Of a stretch of DNA of 64,000 nt, positions 11,030 through 25,271 are shown piece by piece. Every line of letters starts with the position of its first letter. The stretch's first letter is position 1. The notes under the pieces are model-generated. The model searched no databases. It was not told the origin of the DNA and saw nothing but the letters and a program-made list of their open reading frames with translations. The DNA comes from Monocercomonoides exilis PA203 (lineage: Eukaryota; Protista; Preaxostyla): NCBI GenBank assembly GCA_001643675.2, contig LSRY02000072.1, positions 1 to 64,000 on the forward strand, given 5' to 3'. The position numbers were made by a program, and so were the translations under genes.

Positions 11030-12352
11030 CAAAAAATTCATTCAGAATTGTTTTGTGAACTGGAACATAACACAGAAAGAGAGCAGAAACAGAAAATCGG
11101 TGAATTGAATGAAACTATTGATGAAATGGATGAAGAAGAATTTGAATCCATTTTCACAGAAGAGCTGTTCAATAAAATACACCAAATGTTGAAGAAAGGA
11201 AATTATTATTGGAAAATGCAATCTTGCTGTAGAAGCAAGTTGGATATTGCAAAATAATGAAAGATACATCGGGAAGTTGTTTTTTCATTCTAAATTGAAC
11301 GGAAGATTTAGAGAGATTATTATTGATGAATTTATGAAAAAAGAAAAAGGCGAATCGCTTCTGGTTGATCTTTGTGAGTGCTATTTGACACTAGTAAGTG
11401 GAATTTCACATAATTTGGTATCATTTTGTGTGCCATGTCTTGTAAAAGCTGCTTTGAAGAAAGGGAACGATGAGAACACTCAAAAAGAGGTGGAAATAGC
11501 ATTGCTGGCTTTGAGCTACATTAGTGAAAATATTGTTTGAACATTTCTTTTTCATTTTTATTATGCTTGCTTTTTTCCCCTTATTTCTGATTAGGAAATG
11601 GAACAAGAATTTCATTTGAAGCAAATCAAAGAAATCATCCAATATCACCAAGAACATCAGAATCTGACACGACTTGCCTATCAGTCTGCTTGGATGTTTT
11701 TGATAAACAGATTGGAGAAAGACATGAGCTTAGAAAAAGTCATCATAAATGAACTGCATTTCGGAAGAGAAGTAAGAAGAGAACCTGAAGAGCCGACAGG
11801 ATGTGTGGGATGGAAGAGGAAAGAAGTAGAGAACGAAACGAGAAGAAAAGAAACGAAAGAAGAGGTTGTTTTATTGAGATGGATACGAATATTGAATTGT
11901 TATTTTTTCGATTGTCAATTGCATAATGAAGAATATGTTGGACTTATTAACAGCATTGTTCAGGTATATCGAGCAGCGAAGGATAATTGCAGAGAAATTG
12001 GCAAAGAATGCGTTCGTTCATTGGGAAAGAGAGCGGTCAAAATTGAAGATTTGTTGGAGAGTGGGGCCGATGATTCTATTTTGGAGGAGATTCAGCAAGC
12101 AACATTAAATCACAATTTGATAAGAAATTGTTTGCTTTTCTTTTTGAATATTTCAGAACAATTGAAGGAAAAGGAGCAAGATGAAACAGAGAAAGAGAAA
12201 AGAAATTAAAAGAAAAGAAAGATATGTGAAAAGATGGAAGAAGAAGGATATGAAGATATCATAGCTGGCTTTCACAAAGAATTTGAAATTCTTCACAGAA
12301 TAATTTATCCTTGAATATCGTTTGATATATCTGATTATTTTATTAACGTTTA
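10900..12352 (+). pseudogene. 'HNLTRLAYQSAW' family copy 2, disrupted
   Basis: It carries the family motifs (LFCELE, DLCECY, KEVEIALLAL, HQNLTRLAYQSAW, MEEEGYED). There is a frameshift and stop near 11190-11230 and a premature TAA at 12207-12209. Intron 1 contains a ~45 nt poly-T. Confidence 0.8.
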
Positions 12353-13950
12353 ACCAAATTCTTTTCAATAAAAATTGTGACTCTAAAATAATATTTTCTT
12401 TTCTTTTTTATTCATTTCACAAAATGGGAGGAAAACAAGAATTGAATTGTTGTTAAAAATATTTTTCTTTCCTTTAACAAAAAAAAAAAGAAAAAAAGAA
12501 AAAATATGATATTCTTTTCTTTTCAATTAGTTCCATCAACAATCTTCATTAAATGGATCATTTCCCTCCATCTTCATCAACAAGATTCATTTTGAGCAAT
12601 GTGTTCAATTGTTCAGTTTTTTCCTCTTGAAGCCTCTGGTCTCCTTTGCTTATTCTCTTTCTGATTATATTTTCAATGAAAAAGAGAAGGCGAAAGAGAA
12701 GAATACAAAAGAAATAAAAAAGAAAGAAATGTTTGCAGAAGAAACCAGATGTCAACTTCTTTTGTTCAAAATAAAACAGAAATAAATCTGATGACGAAGA
12801 AGAAGAAGAAGAAGATTTTGAAGATATAAACTCCATGCGATATTCAATGTCTGCCTTCTGCTTCAAATTTCCAACAAATTGAATTGTGAATCAAATGGTT
12901 ATTCCATCAGAACATGATAATAATTCTCCAAAAAACACTCAATGAAAAGGAAGTGCCAAATCCATTTCTGTGAAAGTGACTTGTCTCTCTTTTCGGTTGG
13001 ACTGATTTCCTAGTCTCCCATGTGTAATTTTGTAAATCTTTAGCCATCTTCTCTTTGTTTCATTCATCGACGTTGAGTAAAAGGCTATTAACATTTTCCA
13101 ATAAAAGAATCTCCAAAAGCAATATCATTTCGAGCAATGCTCAAAAGGAATGGAATTTGTGCAGATTCTCTCAATTTTCGCTCATTTCGAATACCAATGA
13201 AGGAAGAAGACGAAGACGATGCAGAAGAAGATTGCCAAATACGGCTGTCAGCAATCAAATATGAAGAAGATGAGCAGATATTGTGAATAAATTTCTCTCT
13301 CTCTCTCTCTCTCTGTTGGAGTGGCTTGTGATGAAGTTGAGCCATATGAGAAGTCTGTAGTATTTCCAGCAGAATACTTAGCAAAACAAAAATCACCAAA
13401 ATTAACAGCGCTGTATATAAAACATATTGTGCATTACATGAAACGATCATTGACCATTGAAATGCTTTTGCAGCAACTGGAAGCGCTCACAGATGAAATG
13501 ATGTTGATGAAGGCGAAATCTTCGACTGATGAATTTTCACAACGTTTTCCTGTCGATTCAGCTGAACATGCAATTTTTATTCACTTTTTTAATCGCTTTG
13601 TCTTCTCGCCCGCTTTTGAGTTCATTTGCATCAGCTGAAATTGTTGAGTTCCCTTTCTTTCTCCCTTCAACAACAATAATACTGAATCTTTCTTTTCTTC
13701 CAAAAAAAATATCTCCATTTGCACCATTTGCGTGGGCAATGACAGATGATATTCTCCAATCTGTTGCTTTACTTGGTAAAATCGATGCTACATCCCATTC
13801 GGATGAAGGCCGAGTGTACCAGCCATCCAACAAAGAGTGTCTCAATCCTTCTTTTCTTTTGCTCCCTTTCAGTTGTTCTTCTCCAACAGCAAGTCTTCGT
13901 TTATCTATCTATCTATCTATCTATCTTCCTTTCTTTCTCCAACGGTATGA

Positions 13951-13987
<37 letters not shown>

Positions 13988-15645
13988 GAATTGTTAGGCT
14001 CTCGCTCTTTCTTCTCTTTTTGTTATTATTTCCTCCATTTCCCCTCAATGTAACTTTTCTTTTCCACAATCATTTTTCCTTTTTTTCCAGTCCGTTGCTG
14101 CATCTTCTCTCCTTTTTCACTTCTCCTTTTGGAAATCCTCCAATTTTTGATTCCAATTCATAGTTTCTAAAATCCTTTTCACATCTTATTCATCCAATTC
14201 TGCATATTCCACCAGAATTGTGAATCTTGCCATAAAATCTTCCAGTTGGATGTTTCTATCAAGCAATTTTATGGAAATGACAAAGGGAAATGACAAATCA
14301 CAAAAAAAAGTTGGATGCTTTCTGAATGAGAATGTCCAGCCAGCCCATCAGCTCCGACAAAAGAGTCGCCTCTGCCAAACATCCACAACAAATATGCAAA
14401 GCAAACTGCTTTTTCTCTTTCAAGCTCATCTTAAGCATTATCTGGTTATGCATCATACAAAACAGATGGCAGAAGTCACGAATGTCATCGTTGAATGCAA
14501 TGCAAACAATAGATAATCTCAAAACTTATGGTTCTTTCGCGAAATGAAAAGAAGGCGTTTCTTTCGATGGCATTCCTGTTCGTGATCAATCTGTATTCAT
14601 TCAAAGAACACCTTTAAAGAAAAATGAATGAAATAAAAAAATTCAAACCATTTTTTTATCCGAGAAATATTTTCCCATCTCCAACGGATTGGTAATTATC
14701 AGCCCAGCTGGCTTTTTTGCTCTCCAAAATTGCCTCTAACTACATTAAAAAACAGACAACTGAACAATAAATGAATGGCATAGAACATCATCGAAAGCAG
14801 AAAATCCTTTATGAAACCGATAATGAAGACAGGTGAAAATTCAAGTTCTCCATATAAATATGAAATGTATTCCTTTTCAAAGACTCATTCAACGCCATGT
14901 CTTTGTTGACAGCATGTCAGTAGGATTCATGCAAAATGCAAATGAGATTGTAATTGATGTCTGCTGAGTGCTTCGTTCAACTCGCTTCCTCCATTCTTCA
15001 ACACCCAATTCCCTTTCCTTTTCCATGGAACCAATCTTCCACCAAAAATCACACAAAACAAGTCCTGCGCATAAGATATGCCAAGTGAACTGCATTTCCC
15101 TCGAAATGAGCAAGCCGTTCAATTCAATCCTTCAGAAACATTCTGCTCGCTTTTTCTGCATCTTGCTTGAGTTATTTTTCATTCAAAATATCACAGTCGA
15201 TGTTGCATCATGTATTTTGCGATATACAACCAAGTTCAAATGCTGATTTCCTCCACCAATTCACTTTTCGCAAATAATCGATGCAAACAGCCACTCACTC
15301 ATCCATCTGTAGACAAAATCCATGCTCTTCTGTAATGCAATAACTCGCATGGGTGCGTCCGTGGTTGTACGCTTAAGCAGCTCAAACATGCTCTGGCTGC
15401 AGCAAATCATCAATCAAAAATCTTCACTTATAAAATTATAGGTTTAAAACCCTTATTTATTTGCACAAAAACAAGATTATTTTATTTTATAGATTTGCTT
15501 GTTTTGAGGCAAAAATCATTGATGGTGAAAGAGGTTTCGAATCCTATATTATTTAAAAAATTTTGATTTGGTGTTTTTAATTCTATTGATACTGTTACAC
15601 CACGAATATTTCGAAAATGAATTTAATAATTGTTTTAAATTCAAC

Positions 15646-17072
15646 TTGCAATTTCACAGAGATCTTCAGATGAACAAAAATTTCTAGGTGTGTCTGTATT
15701 TCCGAACAAATGATTGCTTATTGATTTTATTTTTTTCTTTTTTGAACATTATTAAAGAGAAACTCTCACAGTTGGAACAATGCACCGACGCTGAGCAGAA
15801 ACTGAAAATTGAAGAAATGAATGAAATAGTAGAAGAAATGAATAAATTTGACATTCATATTATTTTAGGTGTTCAAATATTTAACAAAATAAATGAAATG
15901 GTTGAAGGAAAAAAGCTTTCGATAGAAAATTCAATTTTACTGTTGATGATTGTCGGATATTGGAGAGAAATGAAAACGGCGTGGGTTAATAGCTTTGAAG
16001 TATCATCATTGCGCAAGAGCTTTGAGAAGATGATTATTGATGAAAATGGGAAAAAAGAGGAAAGGAATGATAATCTTCTTGTTGACCTTTGTGAATGCTA
16101 TCTTTTGTTAGTCAACACGTTAAATACAGAATCGATACCTATTTATATGTCTTGTCTTCTGAAAGCTGCGTTGAAGCAGGAGGAAAATGATGAGGCTCAG
16201 AAGGAAGTGGAAATGGCTTTATTAGCTTTATGTCACATTTGCGTATATAACGTATGAGTATTTCTATTTCCTTTTTGATGTTATTTATTTTTTCCGATTT
16301 TTGTTAGAATGTGCCAAAAAAACTGTATTTGAGTGAACTCAAAGAAATCATCAAATATCATCAGGAACATTACAATCTGACACGACTTGCCTATCAGTCT
16401 GCTTGGCAGTTTTTGATTTTCCGAATGAACATTGACGGAAACATGGAAGAAGTTATTGCGAATGAACTGCATTTTGGAAGAGAAGCAGCAAGAGAACTGG
16501 AAGAGCTGACGAGATGTGTTGATTGGAAGAGAAATACAGAGGAAAATGGAGGAAAAGAATCGAAAGAAATGCTTATAATCTGGAGATGGATCAATACATT
16601 GGAGGAATATTTTAATTCGTTCAAATTGTGGAACGCAGAACTTGTTGGGCTTTTAGGGTGCATCTTGAAATTATTTCTAGCAGCAAAGGATAATTACCCA
16701 GACTTTCGCGATGAATGCCTCATAACATTTGGAAGAGCAGCTGAAAACACATCTGTGGAAATTGATGCTTTGGTGAAGGAAGGTATTGTCGATCTCTTTT
16801 TTGAGGAAATGAAGCAATTCACTTTGGATGAAGATATTATGTGGAATTGTTTGAATTTCTTTTTGAAACTTTCAAAAAGATTGAAAGAAGAGAAGGAAGA
16901 TGAAAAGAAAGAAGAGGAAAGAAAGGAAGCGAAAAGAAAGATATTTGAAAGGATGGAAGAAGAAGGATTTGAAGATATCGTTGAAAGCCTTCATGATGAA
17001 ATTTCTTTTCAAAACGAAAAATATTATAATTCATTTTCTTTGAATATTTCTGATTATTTTGTGAATTCTTGA
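15646..17072 (+). CDS. 'HNLTRLAYQSAW' family copy 3 (exons 2-3 intact; in-frame start codon not found)
   Basis: Exon 2 is ~15758-16251, intron 16252-16307 (GTATGAG..TAG), exon 3 16308-17072 ending ISDYFVNS*. The putative exon 1 (..DEQKFL G|gt at 15688) has no in-frame ATG. Confidence 0.7.
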
Positions 17073-20000
17073 GGAAATGAGATGTTATTTATTCTGTAAC
17101 ACAAAAACTATCTTTTTCACTTTTATTCATTTCACTAAATGATAAAGAAAATAATAGAAATATTTTTATTTTATTTTTATTTTTATTTTCTTTTTCATCA
17201 AATTCTCTAATAAAGTAATTCAATCATAATTGAATTTTCTCTCACTCTTTCTTTCTCTTTCTTCTTTCTCTTTTGCATAGAAATCTTTTTTTGTTGTTCG
17301 TTTAATTTTCAGTTTCATTGCCCTTCACTTCCATTTCATTCATTGCCTGAAAGAGGCAGAAAGCCAATTAATAAGAGTAACATGTTGCCTTCCTTGTCGA
17401 AATAGAATGAAGAGGAAAAGAAAGATCACAGTCATTGAAATGAAGATAGATAATGCATGAATATGTGAGTAAGAGCGTGAAAATGAGGAAGAATGAAACG
17501 AAAAAGTAGAAACAGGATATGTTAATGAACAGACTGAATGAAATTAATGAGATATGAATGCTTTTTGTTTTTCTTGCTTCTTCCTTTTTTTCCTGTCTCT
17601 TGCGCTTGCGGATAATGCGGAGAATGCAGTGGAGATAGAGGAATTTTGTTGGAGAAGAATATCAACAAATGTCATTCTGCAAACATCGTGTAATTCTGAA
17701 AAAAAGCTCATCTGAATGATCTTGTGAAACGTATAAAAAAATTGCAGCCTGTGTTCTCTTTGAATGAGAAGTCGATTTGGTTGAAGGATAACAAAAGTGA
17801 AATCGTTATTGGGATGAAGTCAGAAAATACCATCAGTCACTGCAAAATCAACAATACAATTTCTCTGACTTCACTCTGTTGAATTTGAAAAGAAGAATAT
17901 GAGAAATTGATGATGATGGAAAAGAAAAATTTGATGAATCAGTGGAAGAAGGAGAAGGAGAAGGAGAAGGAGAAGGAGGAAGTGGATCCTTCGATTCCAA
18001 CGTTTTCTTCGAAGTTTCTAGTATTTTCAAATTTTGGTTTTTGATTGGCAAAATGTGAAAGAGAAAGATGGCCTGTGGATAACTTCATGGAACGCTCAGA
18101 ATTAGGAAAAGCTGAGAAGATATATAAATTAAATCGTAATAATAATATTGAAGCAAATAAGGAACATGAAAACCAGAAAACAGAAATTGATGAATTTAAA
18201 AATTGAATAAATATCGTTTTAAATAAGAAAGAAAAAAAGAATAGAAAAAATAAGTGAATAAAAAAATGAAAAACATTTCAATACCATTCACTTTTTCTTC
18301 TCCCTTTTATTTTTTATCCCCTTCCATCTTCATCCACACCTTGAAACATCAACACAACATCCTTCCTTCACCCCAGTTGGAATCACATTCGACGATAAAA
18401 TCAAAACAGCAGCAGAAAACTCTTCTTTCAGCTCTTTTTGAATTGGTCCCAACATTTCTGAAGAAAGAGCTGTAAAAACACAAATAGCATTTTTTCACTC
18501 AGTTTCGCGTCTGTCCTTATTCTTTTGACATGTCAAATTGCAATTCGCTCGCAAAATGTGTCATGTCAAAAACAAAAAACCCACCAAGTCTAGGGTTTTT
18601 CCGGATTGCATATATCTCCAATTGCTTCATTGAAAAGTGCTGTTTTCCTCTGAAAATGCTGTGGATTGCTTCAGAATTCTGACTGCAAAGCAATTCGAAG
18701 GCAGAAAAGATATAACAGAAGAGCAATGAGACAAAAAAGAGGAAAGCAGAGAAATGATTTTGAGAGGAGAGGAAGGAGAAGTTGCAGTGGGCGAAGGGAG
18801 GCATATGCCTAACTAGAGGAGAGAGAAAGCAGAGTTTGCTGTTACTAATGCTCTGAATGAGGAATTTGAAGATTTTGAGATTAAATTTGTTATTGAAAAA
18901 GATAAATTAATAAAGAATAATTTTTATAATCATAAAAAGCATATAAAAAGACAGTATTTTAAAAATGAAGATATAACAATAAATAAATAAATAAATAAAA
19001 ACCAGAAAAAGTTGAGAAACAAAGCAAACCTGTTCCACAATTGTGCCTTCTAGAACAGCCGCCCCAGCTTCACCGAGAACAATAGCGGATCTTGGGTCGA
19101 CAACACACTTTCATCTCCATCAAATATTGAAGTTTTTTCAATCACCACTCACCAAATCAATCTTTTCAGCACAAAAACAGCATTTTCTTCTTCTTCTTCT
19201 GCTTGTCCGTTGTAGAAAATAAACTTTCTTTCTTTTTCTTTGAAATTTCTGAATTTAACCAAAAATTATTTCTTTTTCCTCAAATAACTCATGAAATGCT
19301 CTGCTCTTCTTCGCCTCCTTCACAACACTTAACATTCTTCTTCTTCTGCTGCTGCTGCTGCTGTCCCTTCAGCCATCTCTTCGCATTCTCCCTCCTCCAC
19401 TCTCTCATCGCATCCACCAGCTCCATCCAATTCACCAGCACAAACGCTATTTTTGTTTCTCCTTAATCATCCCTGTCTAAATGTGAAAGATCATTCGTAT
19501 ATCCCAGCTGCTCTTGTGCCATTCAACTGTGTTGTGAATTCAACCAATTTCCAAAGGCAATTGACTGCTCTTTCCTCACACATAAGTTGCACTTTCCTGT
19601 CAAAAACAGAGCTTCTCATGTTTCTTTGACAAAACATCAGTTTCTTCATTAAAGACTGAAAACATTCGAGTTCAATTGATACAATTTCGAGTTGTTTGGG
19701 GGGAATTGTGTTGTCAATTCTTCTTTTTCTCCCCCTCCTTCTTCTTCCTCTTATTCTTCTTATTCTTTTTCTTTTTCTTATTTTTCTTCCTCCATTTCTT
19801 TGTTTTCTTCTGTTTCTTCAACGTTGCAAAGCTATTTCCTTCTGTTAAATCTGCTGTTTGCTCTGAAAGTGCTCAATTTTTTTGTGAAATGCTATCAGAA
19901 TGTTTGAGTTGGATGTAATTCGAAGAAATAAAGAAGTTGAAGACGAAGACGAAGATAAAGATGAAGATAAAGATGAAGATGAAGTCTGTATGAAACAATC

Positions 20001-22732
20001 TTGGCAGTGCTCAGCTTGCAACTGAGATAGAAGAGCGTTATGATTGAAGCGAATGTTCGGCTTGTTCCATTATGTTCTCATTTGTCTGAGTGAATCGTCT
20101 GCTAAATCCACTCTGGATGCAACTCATGGCTCGTTTTGCTTGGTGCTTTCACTCATTTTAAGCATACCTCCTCTTCCTCCTTCTCCTCCTCCCCTTTCTT
20201 TTCCTTCCACAACAGCTCTGTTTGCATCCGTTCTGTTGCCTTTGCATATGCCCAGCCCGCTGCCAAACCTTGCGTCTATCACATTCTTTGATCCAACCAA
20301 CGCCCCAGCTCTAATCAAAACTCCCTTCTTCTGTTTGTTTCTCCGTTTCTTCTCTCCACTCGAACGATCCTCTTCGCTTAATGCATCGCTATAAAGGATG
20401 CTCTACTGCCGGCAGAGTGAAAGGATCAGGCAGGGTGCCCGGGCAGAGCACAAGGGAATACTCGCACGGAGGGCGAAGGATGTACGGCGCACAGAGAAAG
20501 GCAAAGACACAATGGGTGTAGGCTTTGGCAGACGAATGCATGTCATATTCTTCGGTGAAAGAGAAGTGTGTGTGAAGTGGCGGAAGCGTTGCAAGAAGAT
20601 TAAGATGGAAATTCTGCGGAACGATGTTGTGAGGAAGTCGTAGATGAATGAGGTTTCAAAGAATGGAGGGTCAGAACAAGATGCGTTGCATCACCCATTT
20701 CAGCTGAAGATGGCAATCGGAAAGATATCGAATCACGCTCGGCTTCTTCATGAATATAATTTTCACACACAAAGTCCAATCTCTTGGAGAAGCACTCGTT
20801 TTTTGGAACTTTTTTCTTTCCTCCTTCATTTCCATTTCAATGAGAAAAATGTGCCAATGATAATGGTTCAGAGCCAATGGCTTAAACTACATTTAAAACT
20901 CCTCTTTCAAGCATTCCATCAACTTGCCTTTAAACGTATTCTTCTTTGACGTATCATTAGGCAGCTGTCTGTCATATTTTAATGTTCCAGAACCAAAATA
21001 TTCAGAAAAATGCTAATTCCAGTTTGACAATTGAGCAAGAGGTTTGCTTATTTGTAAATACATCTAAATGAGAAAAGTCGTTCTCCTTAAACGATTCAAT
21101 GAATGATTCAATTATTACTTGAAACAGCTTGACAGCAATTCGAATATCCAAAACTTTATCTGTGGCATTGGCAGATCCGTCATTTTTTCAAAAAATTCAA
21201 ATCACCAATGTTCTGTAAATTTTGAAAATTCTTTTACGCGATTAGCGCTGCAATAAAATCGCATTATTAATAAATAGGTGGAATATCATTCGAAATTTGC
21301 AAATTTCACCTGAAACATGAAGAGTTCAATTCTATAAAACTCTTTAGAAATAATTTCAACTCATGTCGATGTGGCAACTATTATAATAAGCAAGCAGAAG
21401 CTCCGCACACCTCAAAGTTCTCTTTTTTGCTCAAAAAACTCATGATCAATAAATAATATTATTTGAGTTTTTTTTTGCAAACAAAAAAAATAATTCACTT
21501 AAAAATAAAATTTGTCTGCATGATGTTACCAACTCCATCTGAAGCAGCATTCAATCGCTTTGTGAACGGGCTCACATCCATCTTGTTTGTTTCATTGAGC
21601 TTTAGAAAACATCCCTTTAAAAAGTGTTTGTCTTGTTTCCTTCCATCCGAATTGTCGAATCACTCAGAACATCGCTGAACAGCATTCCATCGATGTTGAA
21701 TAGCATCTAGATGAAAAAAACTTTCATTGACAGAGTGGAGATGCTGCTGCCGACAGCTAAGAATGCTGATAAATGCAAGAGAAAAGGAAAAGAAGAAAGA
21801 AATATAAGAAGAATAATCAGTCTGAATTTCATTTTTCTATCATGCATCAATAAAAAAGTAAATTGACAAAAAAGAAAATAAGCTTTGAGCTTCTTTTGCA
21901 TTTCCCTTCAAAATACAATTTGAATCAAAAAAATTAAATGTGGCAAGTGAGAAAACAGAATGCTTTAATTGCAAATTCAGTTGATGTGCATGAAAAAGAT
22001 ATGATAGAAATGTTGCTTATTAAAAAGAAAACAATGATGGTGATGAGAAAGAAGTCAAAAAATTCAGTGATATAAAATGAAAACATATTGAAGGAGGATT
22101 TCTTTCTGAAATAGTTATAGAAAACAGAAAATAAAAAGATGGATCGATAAGATATGTGAGATCTTCTTCCGTTCTGATGAAATATTAAAGCATGGATAAA
22201 AAATATTCTTTGGATAATTCAAAGAGGATTTCATGAAAACGAATTGAACAATCATTACATGAATCAACGAATTCATTGCACTTCTCTTTCAGGTCGAATG
22301 CAATTTTAAAGAAAACATCTAATTTCTTTAACTTTGATTGAATACATTCATTCATCCAAATATTAAATTACAATCGGTGGAAAAAACGGTCGTTGGTGGG
22401 AAAAGCTGTAGTTCAAGTTGTTTGAACAGAAGAGTCTTTTGGAAAGAAAACATTAAAATTAGAAAGATTAAGAACATTCACACCTGTGAAAGTTCAACGA
22501 GATATATTTTTTCATTATTTACTGGTTATATGGCAGAAAAGTTCTCTGAACCTTCGAAATTTAAACAGCAGTTTGTTCAAACTGCTGTTATCAAAAATGC
22601 TTTATCGCATTGAATGATCAGAAGAAATGACTTGAATATAATATGATTTATTCTGAAATAGCTGTTTAAAAACAAATTTTGATCTTTATAAATAAAACTC
22701 TATCAAAAAAGTTTTTGATCGAATGCATAATA

Positions 22733-24442
22733 ATGGACGCTACAAAAAAAATCACTCCAAACATTCTTCATCGTTTGATGGCTACATCTGACTTCCGAAA
22801 ATATTCATCTCCATCACAAAAGATCTTCGAAATAAAAAAGAAATATGCTGTAACGTGGAAAACTGCTGTGGGATCCAAAGCTATTTCAAACGGTGCATGG
22901 GAAAGAGGAATAGCGGAGATGAAAGCAAATCGGGAAGTGGGGAAAATTGGCCGCCCATCAATAATTACAAGTGAACAACTGGAAAGAGTCGAAAACCAAG
23001 TCATCGCACTGCTGTCCGAACAAAAAATTATCAGAGTGAAGGACATTCAATCGATGGTTTTGCATGTTGATCTTTTTATTTTTTTGATAACTTTGTTTTT
23101 TTCGATCAAGGAAGTTTTCAATACAAGTTGTGAAAGTGACGAAGAAAGGAAAAAAGTCAATTTGAAATATGCCTTTGATCTCATAAAAAGAAGCTCAATA
23201 TTCAAGGCATGCATTTCCAGGCCTATGGAAATTGCAAAAATCCGTGCGCAATCACCAGAGACAATTCGTGAAGGGTACCAATAGTTGTCTTCCATTATTT
23301 CAACGAACAACATTGATTCGACAGACATATACAACTTTGATGAATCCTCTGTTCGTATTGGAGAAGGAACAGAAAAGCTTTTTGTTTGCCTAAAAAACCA
23401 AACGCCGCCTTCTCCTCCTGCATTACCAAAAACCGAAAATGCGACTTTATGTGTTTGCATTAGTGCCAACGGGTCTCATCTTCCACATATATTAATATAC
23501 CCACGAAAAAAGATGCCATAAGATTTTTCTTTTTTATCATTTTTCAATATATTATATGGGTTATTCTTTTTGAAAAGTCACAAATGTTTAATTTTCAAAT
23601 ACTTCAAAATTTTCATATTTTGCTCAAATATCTGTTTCCACTCACGAATCTTCTTTGGAACTAATGAAATAGCTTTATCAAGAAATAGATTTTATATTTG
23701 TGAAGTTTGGTATATGTTAACATCAATATGAGCTAAATATGAAAATTTTGATTTATTCGAGAATTAAACATTTGCGACTTTTCAAAAAGAATTACCCATA
23801 TATTGGTTCTTCATTAGGTTGGATAAATTTGGAAACATTTCGATTTATCATGATTCAGAAATGGATACAGCTGATTGCGAATAAACTGAAAATGTCAAAA
23901 TCTAAGAAAGCTCTGTTATTATTGGACAATCACATTATTCATTTTGATTCGGAGGTAATTTCGTTTGCTAATCATAACAATATCATCATCGAAACCTTTC
24001 CTCCAAACATGACACACCTTTAACAGCCGTGTGACAATTGCGTGTTTGCAAGATTAGAACTTGTTCTTCTAAATTCATTTGTCCGACCTACAAATTTAAC
24101 GACTTCTTCTTTCCGAAAAGCTTTGGCAGATGTGTTTCCAGAAGCTTTGTCTGCTGCAATTCTCCGTCTGTAATAAAATCTGCATTTTGAAACACTGGAG
24201 TTCATCCTGTTGCTGCCGCTCCTGTGTTATCCAAAGTGTGCGGCACAGCTTTGTCGTCAAAAACATCTTCTTCTTCAAATATATCCACGACAGATCTGAA
24301 GAAAAGCGTTTTTGGAGATTTTTCTCCAAAAGAAAAACGACAATTAAAAGAAAAAAGTCCACAAATACCTGCGATTGAGATTAAGGAAATGGAAATAACA
24401 CACGAAAAAGCAATAGCAAACGAAGAAAAAGGAGTAGAATAA
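22733..24442 (+). pseudogene. DDE_1 (pogo/CENP-B-like) transposase pseudogene with a probable 54-nt intron (23057-23110)
   Basis: ATG at 22733, with the DDD-type motifs NFDE, LDNH and QPCD. In-frame stops fall at 23282, 23519 and 24021, followed by later frameshifts. A MITE is inserted at 23558. Confidence 0.88.
23558..23797. mobile_element. 240-bp MITE nested in the transposase of copy A
   Basis: It has ~70-bp imperfect TIRs (GGGT[T/A]ATTCTTTTTGAAAAGTC[A/G]CAAATGTTTAATT...TTTTCATATTT[T/A]GCTCA), is flanked by ATAT on both sides, and is absent from copy B. Confidence 0.9.
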
Positions 24443-25271
24443 GAAGCAGAGCAAAACGAAAGAGAAGGATCGGAAATAATGAAGAAAAGAAAAATAAGAC
24501 ATCGAAAAAAAAAAGAATTGATGATAATTATGTTTACGGAAATGAAATCAATTGCATTCACGAAGAGAAGGGAACATTTTCTTTTGATCAGAAAACAAAG
24601 TTAAGAACAAGAAAAAGGAGAAAAATTGAAGATGAATCCGATTCTGATATGAAAACTACAACAATTTGAATGGATCAATTTTTATTTTGAAGTTGATGTG
24701 AATGAAGATAATTATTTTTCTGATCTGCGTTGGTCTTATTTTTCCAATTCACATATCTTTTTAATATCAAACCAGGCTGTTGATGATAAAGTTTAAGACA
24801 TTTTTTTCTTTTATTTACTCTTATTTCTGTTCGACAAGCAATAATTATCAAAATTCAAAATGCTTCAGGCCATATCAAAAGAATAACAGGGTAGAAAAAT
24901 AACATTATTTTAGTTCCTCCAACTACCGCTTTTCCCACCAACGACCGTTTTTTCCACAGATGGTATCACTCTCCAGTGCACTTTCAAAAATGATTCTCAA
25001 GAAGAAATTATCATTTCATGCCCTTCATTCAAACCCGTTCTAACATTCAGAAATGACTTTTTCTGAAATATCCCCCTCCTCCCCAACATCTCACAACAGA
25101 AAAGTTGAGGATCCAAATCTTTTTTTGTATCTTGATTGTCCAATATTTTAAAATATCAAAGCTTTCTTGATGGAGTTGGTCTCTCAAATAATCGAAATTT
25201 TGACATTATCAAATTCTTTAAATTGTTTAATAGTTTGATGAATTTTGTTCAATTCTTTCTGAAAGTTTGTA

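Larger units (their letters stand above)
22371..24963 (+). mobile_element. pogo/Tigger-like (Tc1/mariner superfamily) DNA transposon, copy A, defective
   Basis: TIRs of ~43 bp (C[A/C]ATC[G/T]GTGGAAAAAACGGTCGTTGGTGGGAAAAGC..TAGTT) with TA on both sides (22369-70, 24964-65). Transposase motifs: GRPS, YNFDES, CISANG, LLLLDNH, FPPNMTHL*QPCD. Confidence 0.93.

Noticed and set aside
23282-24023. In-frame TAG/TAA in both transposase copies as evidence for a TAR=Gln genetic code
   Set aside because: The TAA falls at a position that is normally Leu (THLLQP), frameshifts are also present, and host genes (V-ATPase c, RBR) end in TAA. The standard code plus pseudogenisation explains it.
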